A program made the position numbers and the translations under genes. Of a stretch of DNA of 64,000 nt, positions 53,462 to 64,000 are shown piece by piece. The stretch lies in the NCBI GenBank assembly GCA_963693365.1, contig CAVNZM010000011.1:186001-250000 (forward strand). Direction: 5' to 3'. The stretch's first letter is position 1; every line of letters starts with the position of its first letter. The notes beneath the pieces are model-generated. The model did no database searches. It was not told where the DNA came from and was given only the letters and a program-made list of their open reading frames with translations. The DNA comes from Amoebidium appalachense. Taxonomy: Eukaryota > Protista > Ichthyosporea.

Positions 53462-54202
53462 ATGGGTGTGCAGGGCTTGCTCCCAGCACTCGGCATTAGT
53501 GCCGAAAAAGCCACAGATGTTACTGCAGAGTTGCAACGTGGGGTAGTTGCTTTTGACGGGATGGTGCAGGTCCACAAGTCCTTTTCAGTTTTCGCTGACA
53601 CAGTAGCCAAACAGCAAATAGATGACAAAAAAGTCACAGACGACACATATGCAGCTATTGCAAATCACTTTATGTCCAAAGTTAATACGTATAGGCTAGC
53701 AGGGGTCCAGCCACACTATGTGTTTGATGGGCGCAGATTGAAAGAGGGAAAACTAGTTGATAACGACCGTGCAGAAAAGGTGGTCAAAGCCCGCCAAGAA
53801 ATAGCCACAAAAAGAGAGAAACAGGAGGAGGTAACTAAAAACAAATGGAGAAGCGCTGCAGAGTTAGATAACAGAGTTTTACATGCAATCATCCTTAGAC
53901 TGAAAGATGAGAATGTCGATTACACAGTAGCTCCATACGAAGCAGACCCCCAGCTTGCCTATATGGCACGTACCGGTTTGGCACACACTGTTGTCACTGA
54001 GGATGCCGACCTTCTTCTGTATAACATCCCGCGGGTTGTATACAAACTGCGCATTGCGGATGTGGCGGTCATCCCTGGGACCGCTAATGCGGTGCGCATT
54101 CCCAAACTGTACGGAGTGATTGTAACCCCCGCCGATGTTTTTACCAGAAGCACAAAGTACAACATAATGTGTGTGTGTGTGTGGGGGGGGGGGGGTCAGT
54201 AA
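53462..54202 (+). CDS. Exo1/XPG/FEN1-family (PIN-like) 5' nuclease, N and I regions; truncated or spliced before the H3TH motif
   Basis: MGVQGLL, VAFDG..HK, GVQPHYVFDG..K, VAPYEADPQLAY and VVTEDADLLLY..VVYKL match Exo1 motifs with the acidic residues intact. There is no intron over ~700 bp. The frame runs into a GT/G-run repeat at ~54168. Confidence 0.9.
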   Translation: MGVQGLLPALGISAEKATDVTAELQRGVVAFDGMVQVHKSFSVFADTVAKQQIDDKKVTDDTYAAIANHFMSKVNTYRLAGVQPHYVFDGRRLKEGKLVDNDRAEKVVKARQEIATKREKQEEVTKNKWRSAAELDNRVLHAIILRLKDENVDYTVAPYEADPQLAYMARTGLAHTVVTEDADLLLYNIPRVVYKLRIADVAVIPGTANAVRIPKLYGVIVTPADVFTRSTKYNIMCVCVWGGGGQ

Positions 54203-54488
54203 TCTTCTGACCGATCTAGTGAACCTATAATGAATGAATGAAGACCGTGTGTCAAATCTGAGAGCAATGTACCAGACCCTGGTGCCTGCATATGTTTCCT
54301 ACCCCCCCCCCCCCCCCCCCCCACCCCCCCTCCCCCGGTCCCTCCTCCCCCCTTGGTGTTTGCATACGTGCCTACCTTCCCCCCCCCCCCCCCCCCCCCC
54401 CCCCCACACGTGTGTGTGTGTGTGTGGGGGGGGGGGCGTGCATGCGTGCGTGTGTGCAAATGCATGCGTGGGTGCGTGGGTGCGTGGG

Positions 54489-54519
<31 letters not shown>

Positions 54520-54701
54520 TTCCGTGTGTGCGTGGTTGTGTGTGTTTGTGAAGGGGGGGGGGGGGGGGGGGGGAGAACGACTCAAGGTTGTACTTGGCAC
54601 ACAAATACATAATAATTTCAATTATTATTATTATTTTCCTATACAGGAAAAGTGGAGCCCTACTGGCCGAATACATACATGCAAGCATTCATTCATATTT
54701 T

Positions 54702-54785
<84 letters not shown>

Positions 54786-54834
54786 CAGAGAAGGGGGCTT
54801 TAGGGAGAGGCACTGGCAATCGAAAACGAAAATT

Positions 54835-56751
54835 CTACACCATGCTTTTGGTGTGCCCGGGCCCCACCATATCCTTATATAGTGGCTCTTGCATGTTACA
54901 CAAGAAAGCCACAGCCTTAGCTACCATCCAATGGGTGCCTACCATCGACATCTGCACCTGATTGCTAAACAGCCGATAATTTTTCATGCGCCCAAAAGCC
55001 CTCTCCACATGCACGCGCACACTAGACAGTCTTTGGCTATATATGGTGTCTTCAGCGTTTAGCTGCCCATGCTCAACAAACGACGGTAATAGCAAGGAAG
55101 CACCCTTCTCCATGATTAGCCCGTGCACTCTAAACCCTTTATCAGCTGCTATTTCATCCCCCTCTTCTATCTGATCTACAAATTCACGCTTGCATACACC
55201 TGTGAGATCCGGGTCTTTGAACCCCCCCACATGTGCATCGGACACCGGTCTGAGTTTCATATCCGTTGTGATGCCCCCGAAGTACTTGAGAGTATAATTG
55301 CTTTTGTACTCTGAGTAGAAACATCGTTTCAGAAGGAGGTTTGTCGGCACCTGTACAAACACCTCGGTGCAATCAATGATCCACCGTACATCGTCCCATT
55401 GCCCAGTGTAGCAACCGGCTTTAAACTTCGAAAGTTGCTCTCTGGTGGGGGCTTTTTCGTATAGAAAAACCTGTGCTAACGCCAGTGCACCAAGAAAATG
55501 GCGGAATATACGCGAAAGATTCGGTTCTGACACATCCACCAGCCGACTCAATAGTTGGAAGGATGTGCCGTGGCGGAGGCGAAAAAGTGTAAAAAGACAT
55601 CCATCATGCCATATTATTTCCTTTCCTGTTTTGGTTTTAAAATCATTCATGTTTATAGTTGATTGGCCAATAAAAGCAACAATCCCCAGCACTCCCATGA
55701 GAGCATCAAAACTATCCAACCCCGTGTATGTTTTCACCACATCATCTCTAGCCTTCCCTTCCTCTTCCGCCACTATGTGCTCCATGCATATTCTTTTCTG
55801 GTTTTGTAGTAATTCCTCCCTCGCTTGATCAAGCGCTTGTTCGAGCTCCTTCTTCTCCAATCTTTGTTTCTTCTCATTTTCCTCCAATTGCTTCGTAGCT
55901 ATCTCAAGTTCGATTTGCATTTTCTCCGCCTGCTCCTTATAGAAAGCTCTTGAACGTTCCAGGACATTCACATAATCCTCTACATCCATCCCTTCCTCAC
56001 CTGCCTTCGACTCTAGATAGTCAAATGTCCTTTCACGCACATGTTCCCTCCTTCTTTTCGCTCGTTCACTGTCCTCTGCTTCTTCACTGCTCGTCTCCCC
56101 CCGCTCCCTCGCTCGTTTCCGTGTTTGCTCAATATCTGAGGCATCCATTCCTACAGCTTGCATATGACTATTGGCCCTTTCCTCCCTCAATAGCTGTACC
56201 TTCTCTCTGTACATCGGGTCTAGTTCCATTCGGATGGGACATGCATCCTTTGTTAATTTCAGTTTTCCATTCTTAGCAGTAATATCATCATCGGTGAAAT
56301 GTGCCTCGCATACAACCAGTTGCTTAAGGATAGCCAGTGGCCAGGGGACTTCCACCTTCGGTTGCCCCCGTTTCCTCTTTGGTTGTGGTTCTTGTGCCGA
56401 CTGCTCAGCTGGCACAGCCGAGTCATTGGCATTTTCGGATTGTGTGTCAGCTGTGTGTGTCTCAGTAGTGGTTGTGTCTGTATTTACGTCTGTCCCATCC
56501 GAGGCCTTTGGCCTTGTGTCTGTGTGTGTGTCTGGGTCGGGGGGTGCTTGCTTTGTGTGTTCTGCTATTTGTTTCCGCTCATACTTTGTTTGCTCCTGCC
56601 TGCCTATAGCATTTAACCAAGCATGCCTCCTAGCCAATACATTTGGTTTGTATCCATATGGAACAGTAAAAAGCTTTATCTTCCTGGTAGGATCTTTGGG
56701 AGAGACTGTTTCTTCGTCATTTTTGCAGTAGTTAGCCGCGCAAGTTGGCAT
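54835..56751 (-). CDS. THAP + HTH + DDE_Tnp_4 transposase (ISL2EU/Harbinger type), 638 aa, intact
   Basis: THAP: MPTCAANYC..LFTVP..RRHAWL..VCEAHF..LTKDACP. HTH: YTGL..LFTLFRLRHG..LS..F. Catalytic triad: IIDCTE, ADKGF, RVHVERAFGRMK. Also YSEYKSNYTLK. Confidence 0.95.
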   Translation of the reverse strand: MPTCAANYCKNDEETVSPKDPTRKIKLFTVPYGYKPNVLARRHAWLNAIGRQEQTKYERKQIAEHTKQAPPDPDTHTDTRPKASDGTDVNTDTTTTETHTADTQSENANDSAVPAEQSAQEPQPKRKRGQPKVEVPWPLAILKQLVVCEAHFTDDDITAKNGKLKLTKDACPIRMELDPMYREKVQLLREERANSHMQAVGMDASDIEQTRKRARERGETSSEEAEDSERAKRRREHVRERTFDYLESKAGEEGMDVEDYVNVLERSRAFYKEQAEKMQIELEIATKQLEENEKKQRLEKKELEQALDQAREELLQNQKRICMEHIVAEEEGKARDDVVKTYTGLDSFDALMGVLGIVAFIGQSTINMNDFKTKTGKEIIWHDGCLFTLFRLRHGTSFQLLSRLVDVSEPNLSRIFRHFLGALALAQVFLYEKAPTREQLSKFKAGCYTGQWDDVRWIIDCTEVFVQVPTNLLLKRCFYSEYKSNYTLKYFGGITTDMKLRPVSDAHVGGFKDPDLTGVCKREFVDQIEEGDEIAADKGFRVHGLIMEKGASLLLPSFVEHGQLNAEDTIYSQRLSSVRVHVERAFGRMKNYRLFSNQVQMSMVGTHWMVAKAVAFLCNMQEPLYKDMVGPGHTKSMV

Positions 56752-57338
56752 TGTGAGTGCCTAACATATATAGTTAGAAAACAACCCGCCTTCATGAAAA
56801 ATGTGCAGCGCAGTTTTGTCCGGACACGTGTGTGGCATGCCGTGTGTACATGGTATAGCTCGGCCACACGATCTTAGGTGCCCAATAGGCAGATCAAGCC
56901 CACTCAATCCAGATAGATATCGATCTGAGCGGCGCCAGAAAGTATTCGAGCCGCGCGATCCCGTATCCCTTAATGGGCACCGTATGCAGAATAGAAAGGG
57001 CCTCTGGCCCCAATAAGCCTCCTGTACTCAAATCAATCTTTTCATCGTAGATATTTGTCTTTTCACGTGTTCGTGTATGAATGGTTGTGTGTGTGTGTGT
57101 GTGTTTGTATGTGTGTGTGTGTGTGTGTGTGTGTGCATGCATATGGTGTGTGTGTGTGCATGTATATGTGCAGGACATGACTAATGGTGTCGTGTGTGTG
57201 TGTGTAGTACGTTTGTGTGTGCACATGCATATGTGTACGTGTGCCGTGTGTGTGCTTGTGTGTGTGTCTGTGTGTGTGTGCGTGTGTGTGCGTGTGTGTG
57301 TGTGTGTGTCACGGTGTGTGTGTGTCACGGTGTGTACG

Positions 57339-57410
<72 letters not shown>

Positions 57411-57689
57411 TGTGTATGTGCATGCACGTGCGTGTTCCAACGGTGCGGTGCACATGTGCATGCATGGTAAAAAAACGTGTGGGACACGCCTGCATCATGA
57501 ATGCCCCGGCCCAGCTGTGACCGTCCGTTACGGGCCGGGCTGTACTGTGTACACTTGTTACAGTCCTTGAGTCATAATAGGCACCTGAGTCACCTGACCG
57601 TCTCAGGCTCGAGACTGAATTGGGGTTTACGCTGTTTACTCGAGGCAAAGACTGAATTCTGACTGATCATTTTGAAACACTGCAAATAG

Positions 57690-57790
57690 ACAGCCAATCA
57701 ACATCTTACAGCACATGATTGGTTGCTTGTTAACCTTTTTCAAGCGCTATGATTGGTGTTTCCCATCAGCATGCGTCCTATTGGCTCCTT
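57690..57790. promoter_or_regulatory. Cluster of CCAAT boxes
   Basis: agccaatca (57691), gattggtt (57717), gattggtg (57751) and tattggct (57779) within 100 bp, ~1.1 kb upstream of the gene at 58865. Confidence 0.35.
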
Positions 57791-58864
57791 CTATCAACTT
57801 GGCGGTGCGCATTGTCTGAGGCTCTGAGCCGTGGCCGGTGGGCCCGTGGCTTCAACGCCCATGTGCACGTATTACACCCACAGTACGATATTAGGGTTAT
57901 GCATTTGCAGCAAAGGTGAAAGATTATGCACCCACGTAGTGAACTTTCCTATCTTTCCTTTTTTTTTTTTTTTTTTTTTTCCCCCCCTTTTGTTTTGTTT
58001 TCTATTTTCCCCCGCCACTGGTGGCACGTGCAGGCCACATGCGAATCATAAAACTGCAAATTTATAGTGCGACCATCTTTGAAAATATCGAAGTTGATAA
58101 ACCTAGTATAGTCTGCTTTACAAAAACAACTGCAAAAAGCAGTTCTTTTGTGTCTTTTTTTTGTCCCCCTAGGTAGTATGATAGTATTATATAATATATA
58201 GTAAAATTGTTTACAAGCGTATCCGATATATACAATCACAACGCTGTTCAACCCTCCAATCGGCTTGAAGTATTTTATTGAAGTTTGCGAATCATAAAAG
58301 TACTTGTAAAATGTGAAATTTAATTATGTATCTTTAAACCCCATTCTTTACAGTCCAGTGGGGGTGTTGCAAGATCCTATTTATTAGATTTTCAAATAAG
58401 TCCGTAATGACCCAAAAAGACAGGTATGCACACTATATCGTTGCATCGACAAGGTTGTGAGCCTGTGATATCACTGTTTTTCAGTGTGTTTCCCCACCCT
58501 ATTGTATGTACATGTCTGTTCCGCATTCAGTCACCAGCTGGGGATTGCGCACTTAATATAGGCACGGACAACGAGAAAATAAAAGACCTATCATGGGCCT
58601 CTGCCCGACTAGACGTTCTGGATAAACGCTTATATATTTTATATTGCATACGATTACGAACGTTTTGATAGACTAGACTAATCTAGTGTACTGTTATTCA
58701 CACACCCCCACCAACTTCTCCTACCCCTTCATTCAAGTTTGGATTTCGATTCCACCCTTATATTCATACGATATCCGCTCGCACACTTTTAGCACCCATA
58801 ACATACACTGTTTCCTCTCACAAAACGTCCTTGTACACGAAACCGTGGCACGTATCGCCCCAGC

Positions 58865-59473
58865 ATGATGCCCTCGCGAGGCACAAAGCGAAGGCGGGTG
58901 GGCACTGCACAGTTGTTGGCCTGTGCTTTGGCCCTTGCACACACGATACATGCAAACGGCCTGGCAGAGGAGGGTATGCCAGGCATCGAGCTTGCTGGGA
59001 AGGTGAGTGTGCCACACAGGGTGGTAGTGGGGCATTTGTGTATGTTGACTGGGACCACTCTTGCGTGCCGCTAGTTCAACTGTTGCTCGCTTCCAAAGGG
59101 AGGACCCGGTTTAATTTGGGAACATTCTCGAAATATTCAGTGCATTCGGTGTGCATGTGCATGTCTAGTTCGTTTGCTTGTGAGTGCCCTCATGCTTATC
59201 TACATTTCTGCGCATGTCCGTGTACTTGCACATGCCATACGAGGGAATGGCCTCTTTCACCTACGTATGCACAAACGATGTGGGTGTGCTTGTTGTCGCC
59301 GATTCGCAGTGCATGTCAATGCACCGGTGTGCGCCATGTTTTGTAATTTCATGTGAATTCACTTTCATTTCTCTATTTTTTTCTGTACGGGTACACGTAT
59401 TTATACATATCATGTGTCCGCGCGCGCGCGTCGCATGCGCGCACGCACGCACACATGTGTGCACGTACCAGCA

Positions 59474-59568
<95 letters not shown>

Positions 59569-60731
59569 ACGTTGTCTACATCATCGGATGCTGGCATAAG
59601 CTAACTTCGTGAATGCGCAATCAGACCTTGCCAGTTTTTCTGTGTATGGGATTTAGTCCGTATGCATGACCGATGAATGATGGTTATGGGTGCCTCCTGC
59701 TGCAATATCAACAGCTAAAGGTCATAATATCCGTGCCATCAGTCTGTTTGCTTGTTTTTGCTCTCCCTTTGTCCTATTACAGAGCCCGTCCTCGCTGCTG
59801 CTCTTGATTGAAATGGGCGCCCTGTAAATGGGCGGTGCATGGGCCCCCACCATGCTTTCTTTGCAATGTATTATGCCTAGTGGCCGTGTGCCAGCCCCGA
59901 TGTAGGAGACAGTGATTCCTGGTGGCTGCATGATGCATTATATGGTGGGTGGGCAAAGTGCCCCCAACATACACGTACAGGCACTGTGGTCCTGTGCCCT
60001 AGTATGATTAGTGATGTTATGGGCTTTTGTTTGCCCTAATATGGTTTGGTTGTATGCTTGTGTTTGGCCTACCATGGTGTGGTTATGTGCTTATATTTGC
60101 CCTAATATGGTGGTGTTAAATACTTCTGTTTGCTCCACTATGGTGTGGTTTGTGCTTGTATTTGCCTTAACACGGTGTGGTTTGCGCTTGTATTTGCCCT
60201 AATATGATCTTTGCCTACTATGGTGTTTGCCCTAATGTGGTGTTTGCCCTAATATGGTGTGGCTGGGTGCTGCATAGGCGGCAAGGTCGTCTGTGTCCAG
60301 AATACAGAGAGAGGTCGCGATGGCATCTGATTGGCTAGCAGCATCCAATCAAACTGGCTTCTATGAGCCCGCTGCGTTTCAGAATGCCGCTAAGGTGTGT
60401 CCCCTCCCCCCCCCCCCCTCCTCCTCCTCCCCCACCCCCCCAAATGCAATATCTGCGCGTGCTGTTCTTTTCTAAAGCATTACCCCCCCCCCCCCCCCCC
60501 CCCAAAAGAAAAAAAAAAAAAAAAAAAAAAAAAAGGAGAAGAAGAAGAAGAAAGAAAAGAAAGAAAGAAAGAAAAAAGAAAAGAAAACAAAAGAAGAATG
60601 GACCAAAAGAACGAACAGCACAACCGAGTGATAATAAATGCAAGTAACAACAAAGTGCGACAAAAACCAACCCAAAAACGAAGTACTGGAGCCAAATGAA
60701 TATGTCTTTATCTGAGCTGAATGCTTGTAGC

Positions 60732-60763
<32 letters not shown>

Positions 60764-63700
60764 CCCTTCTTCCTCCTAGGTCTCTGTACCCCCCCACCCC
60801 CCTCCCCCCTCCTGCCCCCAAACCAATTAACCAACCGGGAAAAGAAGAAGTGGGGAGACCTAGGGAGGGAGAAGAGACAGCCCCGGCGGGGGGGGGGGGG
60901 GGGGGGGGGGGGAGGGGGGGGGGGGGGAGATGAGGAAGTGAGAGCAAGGGGGGGGGGGGGGGGGGGGAGGGGGGGGGATGGGGAGGGATTGAGTGAGAGA
61001 GGGACTGAGAGTACGTGAGGAGTAGGAAATGAAGAGAAGAGACAGGAAAACGGTATAAACGAAGAAAAGTAGAGGGAAACAACAAGCGCAAAAGTTCTCT
61101 TACCATCCCCCCCTCCCCCCCCCCCCCCCCCCCCCTTCCCTCCCTCCCCCTTCCCCCTCCCTCCCCCCCCCCCCCCCCCCCCCCCTCCCCCCTCCCCGAG
61201 ATAATAGACTCCACCTATGTTTGAAAATCTACTTGGGAGTTCTTTGGTGTCAGTTCTGAAACTCCTTTCTCTCTACCGCATTATAAACCAAAAAAAGAAG
61301 CAAAGACATCCCTAATTTGGAAAGTGGTCAACCCAGGTGAATGCTGCTTTTGTTCTTGAGGTGATTGGCTAATATAGAGGTAGTACAAACAGGAGTTCTT
61401 GTGGTACCAATGACAATATATAACAAAACCATAGTTCCGTGAGCACAAAAATATCAACACGATGGCATAACACACAAAAGCATGTGACATTTTGCAGGCC
61501 CCATACGCCCACGTCAATTATGACAGACATAGAAGCACAAAAATAATCTGGGTGTCACACGCATATAAGCACAACAGATCGGACCAGAAAACAGTTTATA
61601 CACAGGTTGACACCACGGTGTAACAGGTACATAAACTACACCCTACGACGCACTGCAGGCATGTAGACCACACCATGATCCATATTGAATCCTGTCAGCA
61701 ACGGATCATCACCACCCAATGCACCCACCCAACACCACACCCCCTTGTACTCACTGTGCTTTTGCTCTCAGACGTGCTTCATGCCCCGCAAGCTGATCAC
61801 CCTAGACACCACCCACGGGACCCAATGGTTGGCCACAAATCTGCCACTGTGCCACTCCAACGCCTGCAAGCTAGGGCAGTGCACCAGCCCATACACAGCA
61901 AAGATGGTGAATAGCGAGGGCAACCTGGGGGGCCACTTTAACCCCCAGCATGATAGTGGGGACGGCCAAAAGCGCATCGACATGTGGCCCGGCAGCCAGG
62001 TCGACGGGGGGTCTTTGGACTGCGACTGTAATTTCGTAGCTCGGGGGGAGGTGGGGGCACAGGAGGTGCGCAGTGAGGGGTGTGAGGGGGGGCAGAGCAA
62101 CTGGGGGATGGCTGCGGCCAGTGACGGATTCTACCAACCAGACTCCTTCAAGCGCGCAGTACAGGTGCTGACCGAACAGCCCCCCCCCCCCCCCCCCCCC
62201 CCAAACACACACACAAAAACACTCCCCTCCCCCCCCCCCCCCAAACACACACGCAAAAACACTCCCCTCCCCCTCCCCCCCCCCCCCCCCCCCCCCCCCA
62301 AACACACACACAAACGCACTCCCCTCCCCCCCCCCCCCCCCCCAACACACACACAAAAGCACTCCCCTCCCCCTCCCCCCCCCCCCCCCTCAGACACACA
62401 CACACAGAAGCACTGCCCTCCCTCCCCCCTCCCCCCCCCCCCCCCCCCCCCCCCACACACACACACAGACACGCATTCACAAGGACACAGAAACACATCC
62501 CCCCGCTCTCCCAAAGATAAAAAGAAAATGAAAGAAAAGAGGAGGGTGGGAGGTGTGTTTTTGGGTGGGGGGGGGGGGGGGGGGATACTTTAGAGTGCCT
62601 ATAGAAGAGGCGGTCAGATAGAGGCACCCAATGTGCACCAGAAAGGAGACAGAAAGAAATGATAGCCTAAGCTCATTGAGCCCGCCACACAACCACCATG
62701 GGTAAGCATGAATTCGCTTACTCAGCTATACAGAGCCAATCAGCAAACGTTACGTCATTTTTAACCAAATATGTTTATTCGAGAAATCAAGATAGTGATC
62801 TGATTGGTGTTGCCGTGAAGTTTGGAGCTGGAGTTTCGGGTCGAATCGGTTTCACTTAGTAGGAAACTTTTTCCTTCTGGCAGCCTGAGTTTTGCAAATC
62901 GCAGGCTTTTATTTGAATAATATGAGTAATCGGCAGAGACTTTGTTCACCCTTGAAAGCCGCGTGTACAGGAATGCTACACTAATAGCGCGAAGGTCGAT
63001 TCGCGAAGACTTAGGCGGATTCAGTCGGATGCACCTCTCTATAAATTCTCAAAATTCCAGAGGCTCAACGCACTTTTTAGCCCGACCCGAAATTGGCGAT
63101 CGAAACGAAAATTACGTAATTTTGCCTAAACCAATCAGGAAGTCAATAACGTCAAAAATAGACAAATTTGGCTACTTTGGAATTTCTATTAATTCAATCG
63201 GGTCACACCAATCAGAATCTGCGTACAGCAAGCGAATTCATGCTCCATGGGTATGTATCTGCATCCACACACCATCCATACCACATGCCCTCGCTGATCC
63301 CCCCCCCCACCCCCACCCGTCCCCCTCCTCCCCCCTTCCCCGCCACGAGAATTCTGACGGCTCCCCCTGCTGTGCACCTCCGAGCCTCCGAAATCCCCTC
63401 CCCCCATTCCCCCCCCCCTCCGCCCCCACCACCACCACCAACACCCTTTTCACCTTCGTCTCGACCAGCGCTTCTGAGTCGAGTTGTTGGTAATTAATGA
63501 AACTAACTATTAGTCCCCCCCCCCCCCCCCCCCCCCCCTCCTCTCTCCCTTCTGTGCACTGCAGCGATGCTACCAGCCACTATTCCTTGTCAAGACATCA
63601 TCAACAACGGGTGCACTGTGTGGCCACCGCCTGCCCATCTGCCAGGGTGGGGGCTGTGATGGGGGCCCATGTGGCCGGGGCTACACCCCCCACCTCATAG

Positions 63701-64000
63701 ATGCCACTGGTAACCCCGGGGACCGCTTCAACAGCAGCAACCAGATGCCTAACCGTGCAGATATGTGGCCCGGCAACGAAATACCGGGGGGGTTTCTGGA
63801 CTGCGCCTGCCGGTGGAAGGCCTTCGACCCTCTAATTGGCCCCCGGGTGCAGATTGTGGCCAGCATACGGGTCGAGCCAATGGACTCGCTGGTGGCCGGC
63901 CCGATAGCTAATGCCACGGTGCTGCTGTACGGCCAGAACAAGACTGAGCCCTTGGCCCGGGGCCTGACAGGTCCTGACGGGCAGTATGACTTTGGCAAGG
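58865..64000 (+). CDS. Secreted/surface protein with two Cys-rich repeats followed by a Cna-B/carboxypeptidase-regulatory-like beta domain (runs off the window)
   Basis: Exon 58865-59002 carries a signal-like LLACALALAHTIHA and ends AAG|GTGAGT. Further exons lie at ~60278-60394, 61772-62164 and 63565->64000 (open to the end; absent from the ORF track). The last exon ends with PIANATVLLY..LARGLTGPDGQYDF. Confidence 0.72.
60030..60262. repeat. Degenerate intronic minisatellite (tttgccctaatatggtgtgg core)
   Basis: The core recurs several times with variable spacing just before an acceptor site. Confidence 0.75.
62705..63244. mobile_element. 540-bp MITE with a 9-bp TSD (Mutator-like)
   Basis: TIR agcatgaattcgctt (62705-62719) / aagcgaattcatgct (63230-63244), with a perfect TSD ccatgggta at 62696-62704 and 63245-63253. 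Confidence 0.92.

Larger units (their letters stand above)
53265..56969. mobile_element. Two-gene ISL2EU/Harbinger-type DNA transposon with TTAA flanks, carrying an Exo1/XPG nuclease
   Basis: Perfect 14-bp TIR GGGATACGGGATCG (53265-53278) / CGATCCCGTATCCC (56956-56969). A second inverted 14-mer is ctttctggcgccgc (53303-53316) / gcggcgccagaaag (56929-56942). TTAA lies at 53261-53264 and 56970-56973, and two convergent ORFs lie inside. Confidence 0.92.

Noticed and set aside
53462-54202. Host EXO1 gene or endogenous giant-virus gene
   Set aside because: It is intronless and enclosed by the transposon TIRs, with no neighbouring viral hallmark genes; a viral ancestry cannot be excluded without phylogeny.
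56171-56731. 186-aa plus-strand ORF
   Set aside because: It is the antisense shadow of the transposase.

Overview
Intron-rich eukaryotic DNA, probably from a unicellular opisthokont (inference from Spt23/Mga2-like and C8orf76-like genes). It is packed with (CA)n/(GA)n microsatellites and poly-G/C runs, so most ORFs in the track are low-complexity artefacts. Six spliced host genes can be reconstructed by hand: a tail-anchored coiled-coil protein (+, 2204-14425), a C8orf76-like protein (-), a diaminopimelate-decarboxylase-family PLP enzyme (+), a PH-domain protein (+), an Spt23/Mga2-like transcription factor (-) and a secreted Cys-rich repeat protein running off the right edge (+). Mobile DNA includes a decayed Penelope-like retroelement and several non-autonomous DNA elements with clear TIRs/TSDs. 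The most interesting feature is a 3.7-kb transposon (53265-56969) with 14-bp TIRs and TTAA flanks. It encodes an intact THAP + DDE_Tnp_4 (ISL2EU/Harbinger-type) transposase and, convergently, an intronless Exo1/XPG-family 5' nuclease where ISL2EU elements normally carry a YqaJ/lambda exonuclease. All family assignments come from motif recognition by eye; no searches were run.
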